From NCBI GenBank assembly GCA_027491395.1, contig JAOZFI010000006.1, positions 1 through 64,000 on the forward strand: a stretch of DNA of 64,000 nucleotides, read 5' to 3'. The DNA comes from Thermoproteota archaeon (GTDB lineage Archaea > Korarchaeota > Korarchaeia > Korarchaeales > Korarchaeaceae). The notes under the pieces are model-generated. The model was not told where the DNA came from. It did not search any database and was given only the letters and a program-made list of their open reading frames with translations. Positions 9,958-19,383 of the stretch are shown piece by piece. The translations under genes and the position numbers were made by a program. Each line of letters starts with the position of its first letter. Positions within the stretch are counted from its first letter, which is position 1.

Positions 9958-10690
9958 GCGCGACGATTACAGCATTCCCCTTTTTCTACAGGCCTCCAGA
10001 GCCCTTTCCCACCTGTCCTTCCTTCCGTAGCTCTCGAGTTACTCGAATACCTCATCAGCAGCTCTCCCCTCAACCCGGAGCTCCTTATTACGCCCAAAAT
10101 CCAGTTAAGGTTCTTCTTACCGTCAAGGTAGGCGATCATGGACCTCTTGACGTAGTTTATGGAGGCCCTAGCCAGCTCTCCTGGGTACTCCTTACCCTCC
10201 GATCTAGTCGCCTGTGCTCTTACCTTCTTTTTCCTCTCCTTTGGCTTCCCCTCACCCATCTCCTTCATCTTCAAGTAGAGATCCCTGAGGGTCATGGGCT
10301 CCTCGTATCTCCTGCATACCTCCTCATTGGGTACCACTATCCACACCTCCTTGAACCCCTCCCTATGCGCTGGTTTCCTGCTTTTCTTCCCTGTCTCGAC
10401 CTCTATTCCTATTCCTTCAATCATCAGATCGACATCCGCCCACCTTTCCACCTTCAATCCAAGCTTTCGGGCTAAGAGGACTATCTCCTCGATCATCAGC
10501 TTGTGAAGGTGATTCTCCGAATCGGAAGAAAGCTCGTAATACACGACTTTCCTTCCATGATGATCAATGAGCTCTGTCTTCACCACCTAGCCCTTGTTGA
10601 GGAGCCCCCTCAGGTATGTAAGAACGGCAAACTTCGTCCTGCTTACGTCGGTCCCATACTTTTCAGCGATAGCCATAGCTATCGAGGAGT
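9954..10690 (-). pseudogene. Decayed gene: wHTH fragment followed by PD-(D/E)xK-like domain (mobile-element-type)
   Basis: H..MIEEI...DVDLMIEGIGIEVETG motif. In-frame upstream segment SSIAMAIAEKYG...LRGLLNKG* is separated by TAG 10587-10589. A frameshifted natural-looking C-terminus reads EVFE*LESYGRKDRWERALEACRKRGML. Confidence 0.55.
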
Positions 10691-10919
10691 TGAAGTAGTA
10701 GGAGGATTAGGGGGATGGGTATTGCCCTCAGCATCTTCCTGAGTATCAGGGGGATCATAGACTACTGTAAAGATGAGCTTTCGTGATAAAAGGGGGTTAT
10801 CTAAACACTTCATGAAAACTTTCAGGGGAGGCGCTTCCAGCCCCCCAGATCGCTAGAGCTCTCGAATGAACGAATCGGCCGCATAGGTGATGCGCGGAGT
10901 CTGGTTTAGTTAAGGATTG

Positions 10920-11156
10920 TTAGCAGTCCCTCTCCAATAGTTCGAAGTACTTTTCTCTGGTAAGCCCCGCCTCGGCCATTATAACCCTTATAAGTCCGGG
11001 CTTAAGCTTCTTTCCAGGGTGTACGGGTACTACTATCCTGACGTGTTGCTCATTCACTAGTATCACGTGGGAGCCTCTTTGCCGTATAGGTTTGAATCCA
11101 AGCTTACTAAGTATCTTAATGAGCTTATAAGGATCTATGGGTGTTATTTTAGGCAA
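10920..11156 (-). CDS. hicA: HicA family toxin (intact)
   Basis: LGF..IRQRGSHVIL...VVPVHPG...L.PG motif. Confidence 0.92.
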   Translation of the reverse strand: MPKITPIDPYKLIKILSKLGFKPIRQRGSHVILVNEQHVRIVVPVHPGKKLKPGLIRVIMAEAGLTREKYFELLERDC

Positions 11157-11385
11157 CGGCTTTCACTCTCTGAAGACCTACCACCCTACGGCTTAACAGT
11201 TCCTTCTTTTCCTCCTCAGAGAGTGTTTCGAGGTATAGCTCAATTGCTTCCCTAACATTACTGATCACCTCATCTAGACTATCGCCTTGGGTATGGCATC
11301 CAGGGAGTTCCGGGACGATCGCGACGTATCCTCCGCCCTCATCCTCCAATATAATAACACTAAACTCGCGAATCCTCCTGTCCAT
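11149..11385 (-). CDS. hicB: HicB family antitoxin (copy 2)
   Basis: GGYVAIVPELPGCHTQGDSLDE motif; overlaps hicA. Confidence 0.92.
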   Translation of the reverse strand: MDRRIREFSVIILEDEGGGYVAIVPELPGCHTQGDSLDEVISNVREAIELYLETLSEEEKKELLSRRVVGLQRVKAVA

Positions 11386-11816
11386 GGACTAATCCCCCTC
11401 AAATAAATGAAGTTGGTTCTCCAAGGCAGCCTCCAAAGAACTAGCTTCTTAACTTCTAATAAACTATATCCCGATGACGGTTTTCCTACTCTGGGCCTCA
11501 CTTATCCATACAAGTTTCATAAGCTAATCCCTGCCGGTGCGGTCCCTCCACTCACCTCAGTTCTCTCTTATAGAGTGCTGTATTCCTGCGCAGTGGTCTC
11601 AAGCCTGAACTACCTCAGAAATACTCGCACGGTATCCCAAGGGAGATCAAAGCGTTGACACCACAAATCTCAAGCGATAATATGAGGCGAGATGCGAACT
11701 CTCCCGCATCATAAGCCGATCTCCCCGCTATCCTCTAGCGAACGGGTGGGCAAGAAAAACATATTTTATGTGTAGTGAGAAATCGCATTATACTAGTATC
11801 AACTTCATACGGTAGC

Positions 11817-12131
11817 CTAGTTTTTCCACTGTTTGAAGAATATGTGCCAAATCTGTGTCACACGGGTGACTAGTTCTTCATCACGGTTAACGGCTATAGC
11901 GGCGGCCAGTAGGTCTGCAAATGCTTGGGGCTTCCCCCATCCTCAGTAGCTCAAGTTGTATTCTATGAGCTAGAATGAAGTCATCTCTGATAGGAAATAT
12001 CACTCCGCCATTAAAGTGCTTATAGAAAATGATCTTGGATACTCCACGAGGGTTACAGCCGTTATATCCTCTTGGATGGGCTTCTTCTCTCTAACCCTAT
12101 CAATAACGATACCTGTATCTAGTATGGTCAA
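11817..12131 (-). pseudogene. vapC: Frameshifted VapC/PIN toxin
   Basis: MTILDTGIVIDR...ITAVTLVEYPR / IIFYKHF...LAHRIQLELLRMG / FADLLAAAIAVNRDEELVTR across shifted frames. Confidence 0.75.
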
Positions 12132-12340
12132 GACATCCTCCCCTTCTCCCTACGCCTCAGCTCCCCTACATCATAGATCTCTATATCCTCAGTCAGCTCC
12201 TCCTATCTAATACCAAGCATCTCCCTAACATCAGCTACATCAACACGGCCACCAAGCCTCGCTAAAACGGCCTTTATGATCTCCTTCACCTCCTCCTCAG
12301 AGAGCCATGGAGGAATCCTCACTACCACACTCTTAAACAC
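12128..12340 (-). pseudogene. Putative VapB-type antitoxin with internal TAG (12203-12205)
   Basis: MFKSVVVRIPPWLSEEEVKE...MLGIR*EELTEDIEI...; its stop overlaps the vapC start. Confidence 0.65.
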
Positions 12341-12429
12341 CTACACATACCCAAGACTATATGAGGCCTAAAGAATCTATAATCTTGTTCGACAAACTAC
12401 AGCAGGTACCTCAGAGAGGTTTTAATCTG

Positions 12430-12482
12430 TGGCGGCCGCCGGGATTTGAACCCAAGACTCCGCGGCTCCGGAGGCCGGCTCT
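12430..12482 (-). pseudogene. Degenerate 3' half of a tRNA-Arg(CCG)-like gene (att-site relic)
   Basis: Reverse complement GAGCCGGCCTCCGGAGCCGCGGAGTCTTGGGTTCAAATCCCGGCGGCCGCCA has anticodon arm, T-arm and CCA but no 5' half. Confidence 0.7.
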
Positions 12483-12788
12483 TAAATACCTCTTAACTAA
12501 TTGATAGTGAGCGGGGCAGATAGGTACGGTTTTATACCATTATCCAGTGTATAGGACAGCAGTCTAGAAATTTAGCGATATTAAGAAAGATATTTTGAGA
12601 GAATAGAGGTAATCTCCAATGGATATTAACGTCTTTAATGAATAGATAGGTTATATCTAATATGCTTGCATGTGATTAGTGAACTGATAGATAGAACCAA
12701 TATATGAAGCTCTTGGTTAAGAGAAAGTTAAGCCACTGGATGATACTGCTCCCTTTCCGGTCCCGGAGTTCCACACCTTTCCCTTGGC

Positions 12789-13063
12789 TTAAAAAAGATT
12801 AGAGGATTGAGGGTCAACCTCAGCCATTGGATATACTCCTCTCAAGGGGAACTGGGCCTCGTTCAATATCCTCCTTATGGATTCCGCGTCTGGGGACTCC
12901 CAGCAGTAAATCCTCTTGATCAAGCTTTCCTCTGTTAGTTGGATCCGTGTTAATCCACTTGACCTCTTGAGTGGTGAGGTCCTCCATCTTCCTCCCCATA
13001 GCGGAGACAACTTCAACATACTGGCTCAGCCATATCGTGCACAGTCAAGAACTTTCGGGACAT
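12789..13063 (-). pseudogene. Frameshifted DUF4242-like small protein
   Basis: MSRKFLTVH... / VKWINT... / IYCWESPDAESIRRIL..AQFP..GVYPM.EV in different frames. Confidence 0.5.
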
Positions 13064-13221
13064 CCGCGCGCGATATCAAACGCCTTTCATAGGTAAATTC
13101 TCTAAAGAATCCTTGGAAAGGACTGCTTATGTGGATCCTACCCAAAAACCACACCGCAGAATGAGCGATATCGGATGTAACTCTTGCTCATTACTCCTCA
13201 AAATGACCGTCAGAGAGTGCC

Positions 13222-13821
13222 TTAGGGATAGGGTGCGTTATTTTTTAATAATTGTTGGGCAGCAACCTTTGGATAATATATTCTCAGCACTATGTCTGTC
13301 AAAAGAAGCATGAGTATCATCGCTACACCGTCCTCCCTCTTCATCCCATATCTATGATTGAAAACGCGATAGAAGTAGATGAAGGATAGAGTCGAGAAGG
13401 AAGTATCGATTAGCGCCTTGATTGATGAGTATAGCTCGATACTAGATGCTCCTATAATGGGAAGAAGCACCAGATCCGTTATCAGTGATATAGACGAAAA
13501 GAGAAAGTAAAAAGACACAACACCCAGTATTGGGGAGAGTGGGCCCTTATACACGCTTCTATAAAACAAGAAGAGGTAAGTTAGTGCTCCCAGCAGGCCC
13601 CAGAGTAGGGCTCCGGTGAAGCTGCTTCCTAACAACACAAAATATGCGATAACATATGGGGGAATGGATTGATTGGCTACACCCAGCTCGTTCAGGACGA
13701 TCATTAGGTACAAGGATTGAGTACCCGTGTAGAGCAGGTATAGGAGAAGGGGCCTTCTCCTATTGGATGGAGGGTTATTGTTAAGCAGATCCGGATTTTC
13801 TTCTCTTCTACGTATGGCCAT
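13222..13821 (-). CDS. Multi-pass membrane protein (possibly Yip1-like), last gene of peptide cluster 2
   Basis: About 5 TM segments; overlaps the SpoIIM gene. Confidence 0.6.
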   Translation of the reverse strand: MAIRRREENPDLLNNNPPSNRRRPLLLYLLYTGTQSLYLMIVLNELGVANQSIPPYVIAYFVLLGSSFTGALLWGLLGALTYLFLFYRSVYKGPLSPILGVVSFYFLFSSISLITDLVLLPIIGASSIELYSSIKALIDTSFSTLSFIYFYRVFNHRYGMKREDGVAMILMLLLTDIVLRIYYPKVAAQQLLKNNAPYP

Positions 13822-14341
13822 TTAACTTCACCAAGATGCAAGGTATTGAGAGATAATATTCTATAACTGATGATGATATTATCATAATTAAACTTAATAA
13901 CGCTAATTTTGTTAAATAAACTAAATGATCTCTGGAGAGGTCGTAGGGATCCCCGCCATGGATTACCGTTACGGCGCTCGAAAGACCTACGGATGAGGAT
14001 ATGAGGATGGAGGTGATCTCCAGCGGCCCGTGGAATAGAAAGCAGGGGAGTGCACCTGTCAAGTTTTCTCTGAGAATTTCCCTAAAGATGCTACCTACCA
14101 CCATGCCGTTGAAGCTAAGGGAGAGAGCCGTGAGCGTTCCAAGTGTCACATACCCTATGGAAAGAATCAGGATAACGGAACTGTTCAAGAGGATAAGTCC
14201 GCGTAAATTATAATGTCCATTAAAGGGATGAGGAACAAAAACTCCACCTGACCCTTCCGTGTAAGATTGATCTGGGATCAGGAAGCTTCCTAAGATCCCG
14301 GCCGCATAGAAGAGCGATGCTAAGATCAGTCCCTCACTCAT
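13808..14341 (-). CDS. SpoIIM/DUF95 family membrane protein
   Basis: LILLN, FNGMVVG, HGPLEI and C-terminal 'SSVIE' motifs. Confidence 0.88.
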   Translation of the reverse strand: MSEGLILASLFYAAGILGSFLIPDQSYTEGSGGVFVPHPFNGHYNLRGLILLNSSVILILSIGYVTLGTLTALSLSFNGMVVGSIFREILRENLTGALPCFLFHGPLEITSILISSSVGLSSAVTVIHGGDPYDLSRDHLVYLTKLALLSLIMIISSSVIEYYLSIPCILVKLNGHT

Positions 14342-15305
14342 CCTCGGGCCTTGTTTCGTCCCTACCATGGCTCATCCTCCTGATGATCTCTATTCTCTTC
14401 TCCAAGCTAGGATGCGTTGGAAGTAGGGAGGGGGTTTCCTTCATTCCATATATTTTGATCAGAGCGTTTATCAGATCCTCTGGATTTGAGTAAGATGCTG
14501 CAATGAGATCGGCCTTCACCTCCCTCCTCCTTATCAGGATTAAGAAGACCGACAACGCTGCCAAGAAGCCAGTCACCACTAGCAGAAAGCTTACGGGATC
14601 GCGTGTCGTTACTGTCCCCGTTAAGGAGGAGAGTACTTCGCCTACAAGGAGTAGCATCGCGTACATCAGTAGTGTGTAGCCCAGATACCTGACGATGTCT
14701 CCTTCTTTATAATGGGCGAGCTCGTGGGCCAACACGCTCTTGATCTCTCCATTAGACAGCACCTTAAGCAGATCCTCATTTACGAAGACAGTTGGTTGAA
14801 TGATTCCCCCAAGAAGCGTAGTTTTCATTAGAGAGGATCTGAATAATCGGAGCCTTATATCCTTCCTGATCCCCATCTTTCCCTTAAGATCCTCGAAAAC
14901 CCTCTTCAGATCATCTGGGGGATCCTTTCCTTGACCAATCTTATCGAAAATTAAGGGAACCAGATTAACCGTGACGAACAGTACTACGAGAAAAGTGGAG
15001 AATTCGACTAGGATGCTGTGGCTGGGAAGTGAGGAGATTACAGCAGCATAGATGAAGATTAGATATAAATCGAAGTAATTGAGCAGGAGATCCTTGAATA
15101 ATCTCCTAGTTCCCGGGCTTTCCTTACTCAGAATAGAGTCCATAAGAGAGAGAATTATGGCAGTTAGTATCAAGATTACGAATCCAGTTATAAGAGGGTT
15201 AAGCCCATAATTAACCACGATGAATACACTAAGGGACATCATAGCTATGGCTATGAGAGCCATCACCAAGTTGTAAAGAGAAAAAAATGTAGGATTAGTT
15301 CTCAA
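14334..15305 (-). CDS. M48/HtpX-like membrane zinc metallopeptidase
   Basis: E.KSVLAHELAHY, RRREVKAD, THPSLEKRI motifs; 4 N-terminal TM segments. Confidence 0.9.
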   Translation of the reverse strand: MRTNPTFFSLYNLVMALIAIAMMSLSVFIVVNYGLNPLITGFVILILTAIILSLMDSILSKESPGTRRLFKDLLLNYFDLYLIFIYAAVISSLPSHSILVEFSTFLVVLFVTVNLVPLIFDKIGQGKDPPDDLKRVFEDLKGKMGIRKDIRLRLFRSSLMKTTLLGGIIQPTVFVNEDLLKVLSNGEIKSVLAHELAHYKEGDIVRYLGYTLLMYAMLLLVGEVLSSLTGTVTTRDPVSFLLVVTGFLAALSVFLILIRRREVKADLIAASYSNPEDLINALIKIYGMKETPSLLPTHPSLEKRIEIIRRMSHGRDETRPEDE

Positions 15306-15315
15306 TACAGATCCC

Positions 15316-15561
15316 TTACCCTATTAGGAAACTACCTACTGCTACAAGAGCGCCGGCTAAACCCGTAATTGGAGTACTGCATGCTGCTATTTTTGCTAGG
15401 GCTAAGAAGTACCCTCCTAGTGCCACTGCAGCTGCTCCATAATTACCTCTAGCAAGTAGATAGCCTACTCCCAACTGAGTTGCTGCAGGTGTTAATATAG
15501 GAAGTACCAATATTGCTATATTGAGGGCGAGAAGGGCTAGGGCTTTCTTTTCTGCCTCCAT
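15316..15561 (-). CDS. Small hydrophobic peptide precursor (putative circular bacteriocin/archaeocin precursor 2)
   Basis: 81 aa, Ala/Gly/Leu-rich, ends in Gly. SD GGGGTGAT and AT-rich TATA-like TTTTATAA upstream. First gene of the peptidase-SpoIIM operon. Confidence 0.75.
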   Translation of the reverse strand: MEAEKKALALLALNIAILVLPILTPAATQLGVGYLLARGNYGAAAVALGGYFLALAKIAACSTPITGLAGALVAVGSFLIG

Positions 15562-15922
15562 TTCATCACCCCCTGAGGATATTATTCTCTTAATTTGGGA
15601 AATATTATAAAAATATTGCGCGTAATCTACCTTTTTTATAAAAAAGGAAGAACACTGAAAAATTTGAAGATGACAGCATCCTTAGGGTAGAATCATCTGT
15701 CTAGATTTCAACAGAAGTGGGTATGCTAAATTGATTCAAGTGAGAAGGTTCTATTTTATGAGATTCTAGGAGGACTCTCATGAGGCATTTAAGCTAGAGA
15801 TAGTTGCTGCCAATCGACTAAAAGGTTCTACATTGAAATATTAATCCCAATTAATTAGATTCGGTTTATGCTCCCCTTATCAGTCAAAATCTCCCAATCT
15901 CCAATAGCTAATCGATTTTTCA

Positions 15923-16240
15923 CACCTAGCCTCTGTTGAGGAGCCTCCTCAGGTAGTTAGGACGACGAACTTTGTTCTGTTGATATCGATCCCATACTTA
16001 TCGGCAATGGCCCTAGCTATCGAGGAGGTATTCTAATACCGTTCTCCGCTAAAAGGCGTAGGATCTCTCCTGCGTAGTCTACACTGGTCTTGGTGGACTC
16101 CCTATGTCCTCTATAGGATCTTCGAGGAGTTTCTGCCGAAAATACCCTGATCGCATCTACTATGGGTGTCTCAACTACCTCGCTCAGCCTCTTAACGTAA
16201 TGAAGTCCTGAGCGGAGGTCAGGGAAGCCCCACCGTAGAG
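15923..16240 (-). pseudogene. Second fragment of the wHTH-containing gene seen at 10584-10690
   Basis: DYAGEILRLLAENG / SSIARAIADKYGIDINRTKFVVL / YLRRLLNRG*; DNA similar to 10584-10689. Confidence 0.55.
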
Positions 16241-16289
16241 CAGGCGCGCGAATCCCCTAACTAGGGACGTCCCCACTCCAGCTTTAGCA

Positions 16290-17267
16290 TCACCTTTCCC
16301 TTGACCTCCTAACCGCTCTACTCCTAAGCCTTCCCACCTCTTCCTCCGGAATGTACCACCTGCCAGCCAGCTTGACCGCCTTCAAGTACCCCTTCCTAGC
16401 AAGCTGCCCCAAGTAGTCGACGCTCATCCCAAGCTCCTTGGCCGCCGTCGATAGGAGAACCATGCCCTCCAGCGATCCCAGGTAGAGGGTCAGGCTCTCG
16501 TCCACCGCCCTCGCCACGAGGTTAGTTATGGGTCTGGCCCTTCCCCTGTCGGCCTCCTCCAAAGCCATGTAGTAGGCCCTCCGCCTCTCCTTCCTTATGA
16601 TGGCCAGTGGGTAGCCCCGTCTCAACAGGAGGAGGTTCATCAGGAGCCTGGCCACCCTCCCGTTCCCATCGGTGAAGGGGTGTATGGCCGTGAGGTAGGC
16701 GTGGGCCACGGCAGCCAGCTCGATCGGATGGAGTTCATCGGAATTCATGGCGCCGTTCAACCAATCAACGAACCTCCTCATCAATCCCGGTACTTCCGAG
16801 GGAGGGGGAGGTACGTGACCCGATCCACCGATGAAGACCTGTTCCCTCCTGTACTCGCCCGGTCTCGCTTCCCATATTCCCATCATCACGAGGTGGTGCA
16901 GCTTGAGTAGGTCGAACTCCTCCACCCTCTCAGCGCGAGAGAGATCCTCCACGTACCTCAGAGCTTGAAGGTGGTTCCTAGCCTCCAAATGATCTCTCAG
17001 GGGCTTTCCTGCTACAGTTATACCCTCCTCTAGCACGAGCCTCGTCTCCCTGAGGGTGAGGATGTTCCCCTCTATGGCGTTAGTGTTGTAGACGTACTCT
17101 ATCGTCAGGAGGTTCCTCAGCCTAGCTAGGGCCTCTCTGCTGAGCGGACGCTCGGAGCTGATTCTCTTGAATCCCTCCTCTATCCTCGCCATGAGCGCCG
17201 GGGCTATCAGCGGGGACCTAGCTTGTTCCAGCAGGAGAAACCTGTATCGACTAATCATGCTTTCCAT
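16290..17267 (-). CDS. Fic family protein (class II, N-terminal inhibitory motif) with C-terminal HTH
   Basis: HPFTDGNGRVAR catalytic motif, TNAIEGN inhibitory motif, C-terminal excisionase-like HTH (AAKELG...AVKLAGRWYI). Confidence 0.93.
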   Translation of the reverse strand: MESMISRYRFLLLEQARSPLIAPALMARIEEGFKRISSERPLSREALARLRNLLTIEYVYNTNAIEGNILTLRETRLVLEEGITVAGKPLRDHLEARNHLQALRYVEDLSRAERVEEFDLLKLHHLVMMGIWEARPGEYRREQVFIGGSGHVPPPPSEVPGLMRRFVDWLNGAMNSDELHPIELAAVAHAYLTAIHPFTDGNGRVARLLMNLLLLRRGYPLAIIRKERRRAYYMALEEADRGRARPITNLVARAVDESLTLYLGSLEGMVLLSTAAKELGMSVDYLGQLARKGYLKAVKLAGRWYIPEEEVGRLRSRAVRRSRER

Positions 17268-17554
17268 ATTATCGATATAGTTAGTGCTATATAAAGGATG
17301 ACCACCGCCTCTCGGTAGGTCGCGCGTCGGGGGTCACCCCTCGTTCCCGCTCTTAAATCCTTCAACAGCTTTATCCCATTGGCTAGCCATGATACAGCTC
17401 TCTAAGGATTAATCATATTCTGATACCTCGCGCGTGGCTCTGAAGCGATCATTTCATGCCTCACACGACTAGTTCCCATCTACGGTTTGCGGCTATGACT
17501 CGCTCGCTGTGGAGGCCATCTGGAGGAAGTGAGTCCCCTATTTTTCACACTCAA

Positions 17555-18080
17555 TTAACCACTCGCGATTACGGATATAACTTCACTGGCCTCCAAACCC
17601 TGACGGGATCCCTCACCTTTGGCGCGAGTTTGGGGTAGGACCTTATAGCTGGATGTAGGCCCTGAGAAATTTCGTTGTAGCGGTTCCAACGAGTCCCTCT
17701 TCCACAAATTCCTCCCATACTCATCTCTAACTGCTGCCGTGGTGGTCTCCGCAGAGAGGACCGGTTCCAAGCCCTCAATTCCCTCAATGTCTATCAGGGG
17801 TTGCCCTATCATCCTCACCGTATCCACCTTCATCTGGATGCTTCACTACAACGGACGTGGTATCGAAGCCTGCGAATCAGAAACAATCCAGCAGATCCTC
17901 CTTGGCTACTGTCCTCGTACAGTGCTAACGGGATATCTCCCCCCTATATCTACGGTGATGATACCCTTGGCATCCCTTCCGCCTTAACTCCAATTGTAGC
18001 TACTACCTCAGCACCCAAGGGCGATGATATGATCTTCCTACCCAAGAACCATCCCATATTCGGTGACCCTCATATTCCCA
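17555..18080 (-). pseudogene. Heavily degraded coding remnant, possibly an NAD(P)-dependent dehydrogenase
   Basis: Protein-like fragments in several frames (GRKII..GAEVVATI; PLIDIEGIEG; GLVGTAT); family uncertain. Confidence 0.25.
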
Positions 18081-18375
18081 CCTTGCCTTGCCGTGGTGCA
18101 GCTCTAGGTTTTTTACTATCTCAGCGTACTCCAGCGCGACTTACGCCGGCCGCGCGATCGTGTACAGCAAGAACTTCGGGATATCCATAACCTTCTAGCG
18201 GTTCAAACCTCGCTCTAGGATTCCACATAAACTTAAAAAGTACGAATATTTATTAGATTATTTCTACACATCTTCTATTTAACTCTCCCTGCAAATTAAA
18301 TTTCTTGAGCTAAACGAATCTTGGGTATCGTGAGGGGCTGTTCAACTTTTTTAGCCCTATGGGGGGCACCTACCG

Positions 18376-18858
18376 ATGGCCGAGATCCCAAGTGAACCAT
18401 CCCTCTTCAGGACTGAGTGTGGCTTCATATTGGTGGCCGGGCTGCTTCCCACTGGTAAGTTGCCTCTATCAGCCTTACCCGGTAGAATAGCCCTAGTTCC
18501 CGTCGAGTTAGTGGCTTCCCTGAGGCATATCGTCATGGCAGCGTTCAGAGCTTGCAGGGCCCTTAACACGGGGAAGAATGTAGCTGAAGCATTCGCCTAC
18601 GAGCTGGGAGCGTGCCTCATGGGTGTGAGGGAGGTATCTAGGATAAGACAGGCTCTCTCATCTTCGGGCCCCAAGGTGTTCGTCTCCATCTGCGAGGATG
18701 TGGGTGACTGTCTGAGGCCGTTGATGACCATGTTAGCGTGGGGTTCTCGCCTCATCGATGTCGAGCCCAGATATAGGCCAGACGACCTGCCCTCCTGTTC
18801 CGGCAATGTTGAGGCCCTAGCGATGGAGGAGGGCGCCATGCTGGAGCTGGATCGGTGA
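18376..18858 (+). CDS. cgi121: KEOPS complex subunit Cgi121
   Basis: H...AA.RA.RA...G.N.A.....E......G.R.. pattern. Confidence 0.7.
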   Translation: MAEIPSEPSLFRTECGFILVAGLLPTGKLPLSALPGRIALVPVELVASLRHIVMAAFRACRALNTGKNVAEAFAYELGACLMGVREVSRIRQALSSSGPKVFVSICEDVGDCLRPLMTMLAWGSRLIDVEPRYRPDDLPSCSGNVEALAMEEGAMLELDR

Positions 18859-18922
18859 GGCGAGGGAAGGGAGAGAGGAGGATGGGATACCTTTTAAAGA
18901 GTAGTAGTTAGAAGCGGAGGAG

Positions 18923-19249
18923 ATGGAGATGTCTTCCGAGGATTTCCTGCAGGCTAAGGCGGAGGAGCTACTCAACGAGTTGAATCAAGTGGTCACTCAG
19001 ATATCGACCCTGAAGGCCGAGCTCGCCTCGGTGGACGAGGCGCTCAAGAGGCTGGAGAAGCTGAGCGATGTGGAAGAGGTCTTCGAGAGGGTCGGGGTGG
19101 TCTATGTCAAGAGGGACAGGGAGTCCGTGATAGTCGAGCTGAAGGCCACCAAAGAGGCGCTCGAGTCCACCATAGGGTCGCTGGAGAAGAGGGAGAGGGA
19201 CCTCAGGGAGACCTTGAACAGGATGCTGCAACCCTCTCAGGGCGGTTAG
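18923..19249 (+). CDS. pfdB: Prefoldin beta subunit
   Basis: Coiled coil - VFERVGVVYVK hairpin - coiled coil, 108 aa. Confidence 0.85.
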   Translation: MEMSSEDFLQAKAEELLNELNQVVTQISTLKAELASVDEALKRLEKLSDVEEVFERVGVVYVKRDRESVIVELKATKEALESTIGSLEKRERDLRETLNRMLQPSQGG

Positions 19250-19383
19250 CCTAGAGTTTAGATCTGATCTGGGGATGTCTGCGTCCCAGTTTCCATTTCA
19301 TTAATTTATCGATTTCCTCAACCTCGGATCCTCGCCTATCTAAGTACCGCGGTATTGTGTCCCCTCTCAGGGATGGATTCTAT

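Noticed and set aside
10587-12205. Amber read-through (pyrrolysine) at in-frame TAGs in island genes
   Set aside because: The same loci also carry frameshifts or TAA stops, TAG terminates many core genes, and no pyl genes are visible.
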